64,000 bases of DNA from an uncultured Myxococcales bacterium (GTDB taxonomy: Bacteria; Myxococcota; UBA727; JABDBI01). The stretch lies in NCBI GenBank assembly GCA_964368985.1, contig CAYJDW010000005.1:1513-65512 (forward strand). Reading direction: 5' to 3'. The notes under the pieces are model-generated. The model was not told the origin of the DNA. It searched no databases and saw only the letters and a program-made list of their open reading frames with translations. Shown one piece after another: positions 30,111-39,501 of the stretch. The translations under genes were made by a program, and so were the position numbers. The first letter of the stretch is position 1. Each line of letters opens with the position of its first letter.

Positions 30111-32279
30111 TTATTTCCGCACCACCGCGCCTGTTTTTTCCTGAGCCTTGCTCAAAAACTCAGCCACAAAACTGTCCGCATCCTCGTCGACCAAGGTGCG
30201 CTCAGGATGCTGAAAGGTCAGGGAAAAGGCCACCGATTTTTTGCCTGCGTCGATGTTTTTACCTCGATAAATATCAAAAACATTCAGGCGAGCCAGTTTG
30301 CTATGCTTTTTATTTACTTCATGAGCCAAAGCCAAAATATCGCCGATCAAAACAGTTTCATCGACAAGCATGGCCACATCTCTGCTGATGGCGGGGAATC
30401 TGGAAAATACTTTGTAACGCGGCGTTTCAATGGCATGCTCGGCGAGCATCAACAAATCAAGTTCAAAAACAAAGACATCACCGGCAACATCTAAAACAGA
30501 TGCCACGTCGGGATGCAGCTTGCCAAAATGGCCGACCTCTTGGCCATTAAGCAACACCGAGCAGCTTTCACCTGGATGCAAATAAGCTATTTTCGCGCCA
30601 TGGCGATAAATCAGTGGACTTTCAGGCAGGCTATCGTCGAGTTCCAATGCTTTAAAACATTCGCTCAAAATACCTTTCAAGTGATAAAAATCTCGCTTTT
30701 CAGCAGCATGATCAAAGGCGCTATAGGTCCCTAGGCCCGTCATGACACCAGCAATATATTGGCGCTCAAGGGAAAAACTATCGTGATCCAGTGAGCCGGT
30801 TAAACGAGTGGGGTCGGGCTTCGTTTCATCTCCGCGCTTGCCCAAAAATACCGTCCCCACTTCAAAAAGCTGAATCGATTGCTCTTGGTTGCGTTGATTA
30901 TGCTGAACATTTTTAAGCAGCCCTGGGACAAGACTCATGCGCATGACGCCGTAACGCTCGCTCAACGGGTTCAGGACTTCAATCAGTCGCGCAGGATCAT
31001 CAACGAAATGATTTTGATATTCTTTGTTCAAAAAAGCGTAGTTTACCGCTTCCAAAAAGCCCCGTGCCACTAAGCGCCCTTTTAGTTTTTTGCTCGAAGA
31101 CTCGCCCTTAGCATTGACGAATAAATGAGCTTCTTTGCTATTTCCCACCGAGCTTTCGCTCACTTTGTCATAGCCAATCATGCGAGCAGCTTCTTCGATT
31201 AAATCTATCTCTCGCAATAAATCTGATCTAAAAGTGGGAACTCTAAAATAAATAGCGTCGCCGCGCTTGGCTACGGTCTCAATCCCTAAGCGCAAAAATT
31301 TTCGTCGCAGAACATCCTGATCAAAATTCTCTGGGCTCATCCCAAGCACCGCTTGGGCTCTTTCTGGCCGCATTTTTATCTCGAGGGGATCAATGCGTTT
31401 TCGATAAGCATCGATCGGCTCCCGGCAAGCTTTGGCCTCACCCATTTCTACGATCAAACGAGCAGCATAGTTAAGCGCATCAACTACGCCATTTGGATCT
31501 GCGCCCCGTTCAAAACGATAACTGCTATCGGTATTAATGCCATGATGGCGGGCACTCAAACGGACATTTTTTGGTTCAAAATAAGCCGATTCCAGAACAA
31601 TGGTGGTGGTCTGGGGATTAATTCCACTACGCGCACCACCCACAATTCCAGCCAAAGCGATGGGGCCCGCTATATCGGCAATCACAACATCGGTAGGTCG
31701 CAGCTCAATATTTTGGCCGTCCAAAATTGTTAATGTCTCGCCTGCACGAGCTCGCCGCACCAGGACCTTAACGCGCGTGCCGTCCTTGTTAAGACGATCA
31801 TAATCGAAGGCATGCATGGGCTGACCACGAGCAAGCATCACGTAGTTAGTAACATCCACGATGTTGTTGATGGGTCTGATACCACAGGCAAGCAAGCGCA
31901 TGCGCAGCCAAGAAGGGCTTTCTTCGATTTTGACATTTTCAATCACTCGTAGCGCATAACGAGGACAATCGTCGGCATTTTCAATTTCGATGGAAACTTT
32001 TTCATGAATGGGACCAGCCATCTCTTTCAAAGACAGCATGGGCGAGCGCGTTCCCAAATCCAGCAAAGCCGCCAACTCTCGAGAAACGCCGAGATGACTC
32101 AAGGCATCGGCCCGATTAGGCGTGATACCAAGAGTAATAATGGTGTCGTCAAACTCACTTAAGCGCTCGACGCCTTCCACTTCAAGACCAGCCATAGTGA
32201 GTGATTGGCACAGCTGTTCCACGTCGGCATCAGGCTTAATATCGAGATAATCCTTGAGCCAATTTAAGCTAACACGCAT
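30111..32279 (-). CDS. pheT: Phenylalanine--tRNA ligase beta subunit
   Basis: B1 start MRVSLNWLKDYLD, ...TPNRADALSHLGVSRE..., and the B3/B4, B5, B6/7 and B8 regions. It is only 722 aa. The EMAP-like B2 tRNA-binding domain between VEGVE and ITPNRAD appears absent. Confidence 0.9.
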   Translation of the reverse strand: MRVSLNWLKDYLDIKPDADVEQLCQSLTMAGLEVEGVERLSEFDDTIITLGITPNRADALSHLGVSRELAALLDLGTRSPMLSLKEMAGPIHEKVSIEIENADDCPRYALRVIENVKIEESPSWLRMRLLACGIRPINNIVDVTNYVMLARGQPMHAFDYDRLNKDGTRVKVLVRRARAGETLTILDGQNIELRPTDVVIADIAGPIALAGIVGGARSGINPQTTTIVLESAYFEPKNVRLSARHHGINTDSSYRFERGADPNGVVDALNYAARLIVEMGEAKACREPIDAYRKRIDPLEIKMRPERAQAVLGMSPENFDQDVLRRKFLRLGIETVAKRGDAIYFRVPTFRSDLLREIDLIEEAARMIGYDKVSESSVGNSKEAHLFVNAKGESSSKKLKGRLVARGFLEAVNYAFLNKEYQNHFVDDPARLIEVLNPLSERYGVMRMSLVPGLLKNVQHNQRNQEQSIQLFEVGTVFLGKRGDETKPDPTRLTGSLDHDSFSLERQYIAGVMTGLGTYSAFDHAAEKRDFYHLKGILSECFKALELDDSLPESPLIYRHGAKIAYLHPGESCSVLLNGQEVGHFGKLHPDVASVLDVAGDVFVFELDLLMLAEHAIETPRYKVFSRFPAISRDVAMLVDETVLIGDILALAHEVNKKHSKLARLNVFDIYRGKNIDAGKKSVAFSLTFQHPERTLVDEDADSFVAEFLSKAQEKTGAVVRK

Positions 32280-32325
32280 GACGGATGCTCCAAAGACTTA
32301 GGGATTTAGTGCCAAGCCTTGCAAA

Positions 32326-33378
32326 TTAAAATTGTCGCAAAAAGCGCAGGTCATTTTCATAAAATAAGCGGATATCGGGAATACCATAACGCAGCATAGC
32401 GATGCGTTCAACGCCAAGCCCGAAAGCAAAGCCGCGATATTTTTCACTATCATAGCCACACGCATTAAATACTTCAGGATCCACCATACCGGCACCTAAA
32501 ATTTCAATCCAGCCGGTGCCTTTGCATAAACGGCATTCTGGATCTCGATCGCAGGAAAAACAGCTGACATCTATTTCCATGGACGGTTCGGTGAAGGGGA
32601 AATAACTTGGACGCATGCGAATCCGCGCATCCTTTGAAAAAACACCAGTGGCAAAAGCCGCCAAAGTACCTTTCAAGTCCGCCAAAGATACTTTCTCGTC
32701 GACATAAAGGCCTTCGATCTGAGTAAACATTGGGGAATGGGTAATATCATCGTCTCTACGAAATACCCGGCCGAAACTCATCACACGAATAGGCGGAACT
32801 TTTTTAGCCATCATCGCCCGAATTTGCACAGGACTCGTATGAGTCCGCAGCATCACGTCTTCGCTGATATAAAAAGTATCTTGCATATCCCGAGCTGGAT
32901 GGCTCTTAGGCATATTGAGAGCTTCGAAATTATAGAAATCGTGTTCGATCTCTGGGCCGCTCGCTTTTGCAAAGCCGAGCTTCTCCAAAACCGAGAAGAT
33001 CACTTCAGCCGTCTCTGTGAGGGGATGAAGCGCTCCGAAACTATGGATTCGGCCAGGCACCGAGGTGTCGATGGCTTTTTCCAGCTGTTTATTTTTAAGA
33101 TCTTCACAAATCGCTGTTTCTTTAAGCTCTAGTTCGCTTAATAAACAGTCCCGCACATCATTGGCCACTTTGCCCAAATCAGCTCTTTCATCACCAGGAA
33201 TTTGCCCTAGTGAAGACAAAACTTTTTTAAGCTCGCCCTTTTTGCCGAGATAAGAAGCCTTTAACAGGTTAAGTTCTTCTTTGTCTTTGGCATGGTGCAG
33301 CTTTGAAAGCGCCTCGTCTTTTAATTTGAGCAAGGCGGATTTCAGATTGGGCACAGAAGTTTCATCAAGAGCTTGCAT
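32326..33378 (-). CDS. pheS: Phenylalanine--tRNA ligase alpha subunit
   Basis: Class II motifs FPFTEPS and GAGMVDP. Overlaps the pheT start. Confidence 0.9.
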   Translation of the reverse strand: MQALDETSVPNLKSALLKLKDEALSKLHHAKDKEELNLLKASYLGKKGELKKVLSSLGQIPGDERADLGKVANDVRDCLLSELELKETAICEDLKNKQLEKAIDTSVPGRIHSFGALHPLTETAEVIFSVLEKLGFAKASGPEIEHDFYNFEALNMPKSHPARDMQDTFYISEDVMLRTHTSPVQIRAMMAKKVPPIRVMSFGRVFRRDDDITHSPMFTQIEGLYVDEKVSLADLKGTLAAFATGVFSKDARIRMRPSYFPFTEPSMEIDVSCFSCDRDPECRLCKGTGWIEILGAGMVDPEVFNACGYDSEKYRGFAFGLGVERIAMLRYGIPDIRLFYENDLRFLRQF

Positions 33379-33430
33379 GAGAAAAACCCGCGTTGCAATT
33401 TAAAGAAAGCGATCAAGCCCAAACATTAAA

Positions 33431-33775
33431 CTATTTGATCGAGTCAACCACAGCTTTGAAGCCTGGTGCATCAAAACAAGCTAGTTCAGCCAATACACGG
33501 CGATCAAGAGCAATACTATGCTTCTTCAGTCCACCGATAAAGGCACTGTAGCTCAAACCATGTTCACGCACAGCGGCATTGATCCGGGCGATCCATAGTT
33601 GACGAAACTCACGTTTCTTTTGTTTACGATCGCGGAAAGCGAAAGCCAAACCACGGTTTACCGTTTGATTAGCTAACTTGAATAAACGACTTTTCTTGCC
33701 GTAATAACCGCTTGCTCTCTTCAATACTCTTTTGTGACGACGGCGTGTGACCACACCACTTTTTACGCGAGCCAT
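33431..33775 (-). CDS. rplT: 50S ribosomal protein L20
   Basis: MARVKSGVVTRRRHKRVLK... Confidence 0.9.
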   Translation of the reverse strand: MARVKSGVVTRRRHKRVLKRASGYYGKKSRLFKLANQTVNRGLAFAFRDRKQKKREFRQLWIARINAAVREHGLSYSAFIGGLKKHSIALDRRVLAELACFDAPGFKAVVDSIK

Positions 33776-33798
33776 AATTAACCTCTATAAATGTATTC

Positions 33799-33984
33799 TT
33801 AAACGGCCAGTGCCCTAATAACTAAGCCTGCGTCGCCAGAGGTCATAATACCGGCTTTGCGCAGATTTCGTTTGCGTTTACGATTTTTATTGGACATTCC
33901 GTGCCTAAGATTTTTCTTCTTAAACTTTACTAAGCCTGTGCCAGTCAGAGAAAAACGCTTCTTAGCTGCGCGGCTACTTTTCAT
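33799..33984 (-). CDS. rpmI: 50S ribosomal protein L35
   Basis: MKSSRAAKKRF...KRKRNLRK...GDAGLVIRAL. Start taken at the internal Met (track start 34026). Confidence 0.8.
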   Translation of the reverse strand: MKSSRAAKKRFSLTGTGLVKFKKKNLRHGMSNKNRKRKRNLRKAGIMTSGDAGLVIRALAV

Positions 33985-34131
33985 CTTGGGTTTGTTCAAA
34001 CCACGAGCTTTATTACATCCTGCCATGGATCTTATTCCTTATATTCCCTAAACTAGTGAAAAACTGGGGGTTACGCAGCTGATATATATATTTCCCTGCA
34101 TGCGCAATACCGACTCTAGAAATTTGCGAGT

Positions 34132-34749
34132 TTAAGCAGCCTTCTTAGTGCCACCGCGCCCAGGGGCCACGATCATTACCATTTGACGCCCTTCAAGCCG
34201 TGGATTCTGCTCAATGAGAGCTTCTTCCCCTAAAGCTTGAATGACCCGATTGAGCATCTCTCGGCCCACTTCTGGGTGAACAATCTCACGCCCTCGAAAC
34301 ATCACCGTGACTTTACCCTTGTCACCTTTTTCCAAAAAACGCTTGAGGTTTTTAACCTTTACTTCGAAATCATGATCGCCAGTTTTTGGTCTAAACTTGA
34401 CTTCTTTCAGCTCAATTTGCTGCTGCTTTTTCTTGGATTCGGCCATCTTACGGCTTTGTTCATACTTATATTTGCCATAATCCATGATCTTGCAAACCGG
34501 CGGTTTTGCCCGTGGCTGCACTTCAACCAAATCAAGATTAGCCAGTTCAGCTCTTCTAAGCGCCTGCAATGTTGGCATAATTCCGAGCTGCTCGCCATCT
34601 TCACCGATCACCCGAATTTCAGGCACTCTGATGCGACGATTGACTCTGGGTTCATCAAAGCGTTCTTTGCTTCCGCCTCGTTGGCCTTGCTGTGATGAAA
34701 AATCTCCTCCACTCGGATTCGACATGCTCATTCTTTCTCCATAAAACAT
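34132..34749 (-). CDS. infC: Translation initiation factor IF-3
   Basis: ...VNRRIRVPEIRVIGEDGEQLGIM...ANLDLVEV...KPPVCKIMDYGKYKY. The AUG-initiated ORF is about 25 aa longer than typical IF-3. The true start may be an internal or non-AUG codon, as is common for infC. Confidence 0.8.
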   Translation of the reverse strand: MFYGERMSMSNPSGGDFSSQQGQRGGSKERFDEPRVNRRIRVPEIRVIGEDGEQLGIMPTLQALRRAELANLDLVEVQPRAKPPVCKIMDYGKYKYEQSRKMAESKKKQQQIELKEVKFRPKTGDHDFEVKVKNLKRFLEKGDKGKVTVMFRGREIVHPEVGREMLNRVIQALGEEALIEQNPRLEGRQMVMIVAPGRGGTKKAA

Positions 34750-34826
34750 TGTTGACGCATATACTTTAAGCTAAAACTATCGCCTAACTCTCTAGCCCAC
34801 GTTTGGCCTTGGCAATGGGGCTAGCC

Positions 34827-37106
34827 TTAAAACTTTGCGCTGGTAGGGGGCTCGCATTCAAGCTTAATCGTGCTCACCAAATCGGCCAGCGCGAAAAAAC
34901 CCTTGTCTTCTTGGGACCTTAGGCGCAAGGTTGCGCCCAATTCACTCACTTCTTTGTCACCGATTACCACCATCATGGGTATTTTATCCATTTGGGCATC
35001 GCGAATTTTTGCTCCTAATTTATCATGACTTTCCTTAAAATCAGCCCTAATACCTGCATCCTTCAAGGCCCTGAGCACAGTAAAAGCATGTTCATTATGG
35101 CGATCACTCACCGTCACGATTCTCACCTGCTCTGGCGCAAGCCATGCCGGAAAAGCACCCGCATAATGCTCGATCAAAATACCAATGAAGCGCTCAATGC
35201 TGCCGAATAATGCGCGATGTAACATAACCGGACGCTCTTTCTCGCCGCTATTATTGATAAAATTCAAATCAAAGCGTTCAGGATTATTAAAATCGAGCTG
35301 CACTGTTGAGCATTGCCACATACGATTAAGGCAATCTTTAAGTTTAATATCGATTTTAGGGCCATAAAAAGCGCCCCCGCCCTCATCCACCTTAAACTCA
35401 AGTCCAGTGCGCGCGACTGCGGCCTTGAGACTGCTTTCTGCTCGCTCCCAGTTGCTGAGCTCGCCGACATATTTTTCAGGACGAGTTGAGATATTCACTT
35501 CGAAATCACTAAACCCAAAGGCTTTGAGCATGCTCAAAACAAATACCAACACCCGATCAAGCTCGTCATCCAATTGATCCCAGCGACAAAAGAGATGGGC
35601 ATCATCTTGAGTAAAGCCGCGCACGCGCATGAGACCGTGTAATACCCCAGCCATTTCGTAGCGGTAAACCGTACCAAATTCTGCAAGACGTATGGGCAAA
35701 TCGCGATAACTGCGTGGCTTAAACTTGTACATCAAAGCATGAAAAGGGCAGTTCATCGGCTTTAATATGTATTCATTACCGTCGATATTCATGGGGGCAA
35801 ACATCGAGTCTTGATAAAAACCCAAATGCCCAGAAATGCGCCACAGATCACTTTTTGCGATGTGGGGCGAATAGACCATGTCATAGCCATTATCAAAATG
35901 GCGTTTGCGCGCAAAATCTTCCACCAGTGATCTTAGACGCCCGCCCTCCGGCAGCCACATGACGAGCCCTGGCCCGATTTCTTCCTGGGCGTGGGTTTCA
36001 AAGTGAGATTTCACTTCATGCCCATGGGATGCTTGATTAAAAGCGGCCACCAAATCCATGACATCTTTTCGAGCGCTGGCATCGCCGAGGCAGGCAAATA
36101 TTCTTAAATCGGCCACGGCTTTTTCGGGATGATCATCGCTCGGCACCATATTCATGCCCTTGAGCGCCAAAGCCTTGCTCGGCAATTTTTCTTGGATAGC
36201 ACTTAATAGCTCTTCAAGCTTGGCCACTACATCATTTACATGACTTTCAGCCGCAAGCTTTCGCGACAAGTTAACCACCAAGCGCGCTTCACTCGTTATG
36301 GCTTTTCCGTCATTCCACGAATTGAATTTTTCCGACACGAAAAATAGACCATGGCGGGGTCCGAGTTTACGGTGATCGCGCCGTTTCGCTTCTTCAATGC
36401 GAAACAAATATTCTTCCAGTTCAACCGGATTAGAAAAAGCCACACCACTGATACGCTGCAGCATTTCGCGACTTGAATCGCCTCGCCAATAACTGCCAGA
36501 AACACCTAATATTTTAAAAGCCTTGATGAAGCTTGAGCTCGGCAAATGGGGCCCGCGGCACAGGTCAGTAAAGTGCGCGCTTTCATAAAGCGTAACTTGG
36601 TCCCCTTCGATCCAATCAAGAATCTCAGGCTTATATTTTTGCCCCAAGGCCTGAAAAAGCTTTTTAGCTTCGCTTTTTGATTGCCAGCTTTTCTTAAAAG
36701 AAATGCCTTCTTTGATAAGCCCTGCCATTTTCTTTTCAATATTCGCTAAATCTTCTTCCGAAAAAGGTCGACCAATATCGAAATCATAATAAAAACCCTC
36801 AGCGTGGCTCTTAGGTCCCATACTCACTTGAGCGCCGGGAAAAAGCTCCACCACGGCGGCCGCCAAAACATGCTCGCAGCTGTGACTGATCACTTCGTGG
36901 GCTTCTTTGCTCTTCGCATCGAGCAATACTACTTGATCGCCATCCTTCAGCGGATCAGCCAAATCTTGTAGCTGCCCATTTACAAGGGCCACGACGATTC
37001 TTTTAGCAAGTTGAGGAGAAATATTCTGCGCCAAATCCATAGCGGAGGCGCCTTTGGGCAATTTTCGTTCGCTGCCATCAGGAAGTTTTATGAGAATTTC
37101 GGACAT
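34827..37106 (-). CDS. thrS: Threonine--tRNA ligase, with an internal lineage-specific insertion of about 120 aa
   Basis: TGS domain (MSEILIKLPDGSE), the editing domain HSCEH, then class II core motifs (KPMNCPFH, FRGFTQDDAHLF, the TVQLDF region) and an anticodon-binding domain. Start set at MSEILIK because the track start overlaps the upstream tRNA. Confidence 0.9.
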   Translation of the reverse strand: MSEILIKLPDGSERKLPKGASAMDLAQNISPQLAKRIVVALVNGQLQDLADPLKDGDQVVLLDAKSKEAHEVISHSCEHVLAAAVVELFPGAQVSMGPKSHAEGFYYDFDIGRPFSEEDLANIEKKMAGLIKEGISFKKSWQSKSEAKKLFQALGQKYKPEILDWIEGDQVTLYESAHFTDLCRGPHLPSSSFIKAFKILGVSGSYWRGDSSREMLQRISGVAFSNPVELEEYLFRIEEAKRRDHRKLGPRHGLFFVSEKFNSWNDGKAITSEARLVVNLSRKLAAESHVNDVVAKLEELLSAIQEKLPSKALALKGMNMVPSDDHPEKAVADLRIFACLGDASARKDVMDLVAAFNQASHGHEVKSHFETHAQEEIGPGLVMWLPEGGRLRSLVEDFARKRHFDNGYDMVYSPHIAKSDLWRISGHLGFYQDSMFAPMNIDGNEYILKPMNCPFHALMYKFKPRSYRDLPIRLAEFGTVYRYEMAGVLHGLMRVRGFTQDDAHLFCRWDQLDDELDRVLVFVLSMLKAFGFSDFEVNISTRPEKYVGELSNWERAESSLKAAVARTGLEFKVDEGGGAFYGPKIDIKLKDCLNRMWQCSTVQLDFNNPERFDLNFINNSGEKERPVMLHRALFGSIERFIGILIEHYAGAFPAWLAPEQVRIVTVSDRHNEHAFTVLRALKDAGIRADFKESHDKLGAKIRDAQMDKIPMMVVIGDKEVSELGATLRLRSQEDKGFFALADLVSTIKLECEPPTSAKF

Positions 37107-37154
37107 AAGTATCCCCAATAAAAAAAGCTCCGCGAAGGCGGAGCGAATACATTT

Positions 37155-37229
37155 TGGTAGGCACGGCAGGTTTCGAACCAGCGACCTCTTCCATGTCAAG
37201 GAAGCGCTCTACCCCTGAGCTACGCGCCT
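37155..37229 (-). tRNA. tRNA-Val (anticodon GAC)
   Basis: The minus-strand AGGCGCGTAGCTCAGGGGTAGAGCGCTTCCTTGACATGGAAGAGGTCGCTGGTTCGAAACCTGCCGTGCCTACCA folds as a cloverleaf with anticodon loop TTGACAT and an encoded CCA. There is one U-U mismatch in the T-stem. Confidence 0.75.
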
Positions 37230-37286
37230 AAAACCTAGGTACCCCTAGATAGTCAGGTTAGGATTTTACTGTCAATAAAGTGCTCC

Positions 37287-37823
37287 CTAGTTTTTCTGCG
37301 AAGCCCCTTCGGTCTCACCCAAAAATAATCCACAAGAAGCGCATTCACCTTGATTGAGAGCGCCATGTTCACCACAGGCGGGGCAGGATATTTCCTGATC
37401 ATTTAAATCAATAGTGCCAGGGACAAAGTGCCCCTGCCCTTCTTTGGCAACTTGGGCAAGAAACTGTCCCTCCAAGGCGAGTTTACAAGCTCCGATATCA
37501 CTTTCTCGGATCAAAACCATGTATTTTACCGCGCAGCCGCCACCTTTATTAGACCCGTGATCATCGCAGCCCAAATTAACCGGAAAAACCGCCGAAGATA
37601 TTTGAGCATTTTTTAAAACTTTTTCCATCTCGCGACATTGCACCAAACCACCTTCCACTAAAGGCACCGTCACTTCGCGCAGCAATTCCTCTTTGGATAA
37701 TAGTTTCCCTGATGTGTGAGGCCTCATCTGAGCTTCTTCAGCACTCATTAGGGTTTCTTTGCAGGAATAGCAAAGTTCAATATGGTCTAAATATTCTTCA
37801 CGGCAGCTGGGGCAGATTTTCAT
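37287..37823 (-). CDS. Hypothetical protein with N- and C-terminal zinc-ribbon motifs
   Basis: CPSC..(x12)..CYSC at the N-terminus and CPAC..(x11)..CASC at the C-terminus. Confidence 0.5.
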   Translation of the reverse strand: MKICPSCREEYLDHIELCYSCKETLMSAEEAQMRPHTSGKLLSKEELLREVTVPLVEGGLVQCREMEKVLKNAQISSAVFPVNLGCDDHGSNKGGGCAVKYMVLIRESDIGACKLALEGQFLAQVAKEGQGHFVPGTIDLNDQEISCPACGEHGALNQGECASCGLFLGETEGASQKN

Positions 37824-37877
37824 TGGCTTTTCCTAAAGTAAAAAACGGGATCAGGGCAATATTGGGTAATAAATCAA

Positions 37878-38234
37878 CTAAGTGAGGGGGCAAATTTTAG
37901 CACTAATAATCATCTCACTATCTAAAGGTTCACCAATACTCACTAAAACCACGTCATTATGAAGATTCAACAGTGCACGATAACGTTGAGTATCAGCCAT
38001 TTGCAAACAAATATTCAGTGTTCTTTTTAAGCGTAATATATCGAGTAAGGCTGAATCATTGTGGATGCTTAGCTCATAAGCTTCGCTATGAATAGCAGGC
38101 CTCAGATACGCATAATAGCGAAGTGCTTCGTCGCTTTGCCCGAGTTCAAGCAATACGGGACTTTGGCCATCGAGCCTTAAAACAGACTGGGGGCAAAAAT
38201 TAATTGGCTGCTTCATTTCATTCTCCACATTCAA
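37878..38234 (-). CDS. Hypothetical protein
   Basis: 118-aa ORF overlapping the mevalonate kinase start by 17 nt. No recognisable motif. Confidence 0.4.
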   Translation of the reverse strand: MNVENEMKQPINFCPQSVLRLDGQSPVLLELGQSDEALRYYAYLRPAIHSEAYELSIHNDSALLDILRLKRTLNICLQMADTQRYRALLNLHNDVVLVSIGEPLDSEMIISAKICPLT

Positions 38235-39237
38235 GTTCAGCTAAGAGCGGCACTTTTGCGATTAAACTTTGGTAGCCGGCGGCTTTAAAAGCATTTAATA
38301 ACTCAAGCTCATTTCCATCGGCCAAAGCGATTACCGCCCCGCCCCCGCCTGCACCCGTGAGTTTAGCACCAAGGGCACCGCGATCGCGGGCGATGGCGCA
38401 TAATTTTTCAATTTCCGGCGTGGAAAGCGAGAGGCCATTTAAATAGCCCTGGGCAATGTTCATGAGTTCCCCGACTGCCGCTTTTTGGCCAGCAATCAAA
38501 GCTTGCTCCATCTCACTGGCTATCTCGTTCAGGCCGGAAAAAATCCGTTGATACACTTGTTCTTGGCGGCGTTTCCTGAGGCTAAGTTCTTTGACGGCAT
38601 TTTTAGTCCCATCATGAGGTCCTGCAATACCAAGAACAAAAGTAATATCGCTTTTTAGGTTAATGGGCCTTATTTTAGGGCCCTGTTCGGTCCTCAGAAA
38701 AGCAATAACACGACCGCTCATCACCACCGCATGATCAATGCCTGAGGGCTGGCCATGAAAAATAGTTTCTAGAGCCATGACATGTTTTTCAAGCTCAAAA
38801 GCCGTGAGCGGCTTCGACAAAAAGCGATAAATGCCCTTGATCAAGGCCACACTCAACGAAGCGGAAGAGCCTAGGCCGCGGCCAGGAGGCAAAGACCCGT
38901 CCACCACCATGGCAAGCTCTTTAGCATCATCGCCAAAAACTTCTAACAAATAAAGTAAAGCACTCTTTAAAACCTGGGGACCTGGAGAACGAGCATCCAA
39001 ATAAGTATCACCCATAAAAAAGGGCCCTAAACCTCGCATCATAGGGCCAGATTGGGAGCCCGTTTTACTTTTTGGCAAGGGCATAACTGCAACCCGCACA
39101 CCGCAATCTATGGGCATGGCAATAGCGGTGGCACCATAAACCACCGCATGCTCACCAACTAAAATTATTTTGCCGGGGGCATAGCTAAACGCCACATCTG
39201 CTTGTTGTAGTTCACTTAACATGTGCTCGCACTCCAC
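38218..39237 (-). CDS. mvk: Mevalonate kinase (GHMP kinase family)
   Basis: GKIILVGEHAVVYG, PPGRGLGSSASLSVAL and KLTGAGGGG. Confidence 0.8.
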   Translation of the reverse strand: MECEHMLSELQQADVAFSYAPGKIILVGEHAVVYGATAIAMPIDCGVRVAVMPLPKSKTGSQSGPMMRGLGPFFMGDTYLDARSPGPQVLKSALLYLLEVFGDDAKELAMVVDGSLPPGRGLGSSASLSVALIKGIYRFLSKPLTAFELEKHVMALETIFHGQPSGIDHAVVMSGRVIAFLRTEQGPKIRPINLKSDITFVLGIAGPHDGTKNAVKELSLRKRRQEQVYQRIFSGLNEIASEMEQALIAGQKAAVGELMNIAQGYLNGLSLSTPEIEKLCAIARDRGALGAKLTGAGGGGAVIALADGNELELLNAFKAAGYQSLIAKVPLLAELECGE

Positions 39238-39501
39238 TCACGCTTGAGCGCTAAAACCAGCCATCTTGCTAAATTATTTTAGCGAAGTTTCATATGACCC
39301 TTCAGCAACTAATTTTTTTGAGTATTTCCCTTATATGCTCTAGGAACCATTTGGCTGGGATCCCAATGAGGAGCAAAAAAAATTCTCATAAATCTTCCTA
39401 TTGAATAAATAGGCTTCACTACATCAATTTTATTCGCATTAAAAGAAACACAAGAAAACATCAATCAACCCAACTAAAGCCCTATATTTTATATAAAATA
39501 T

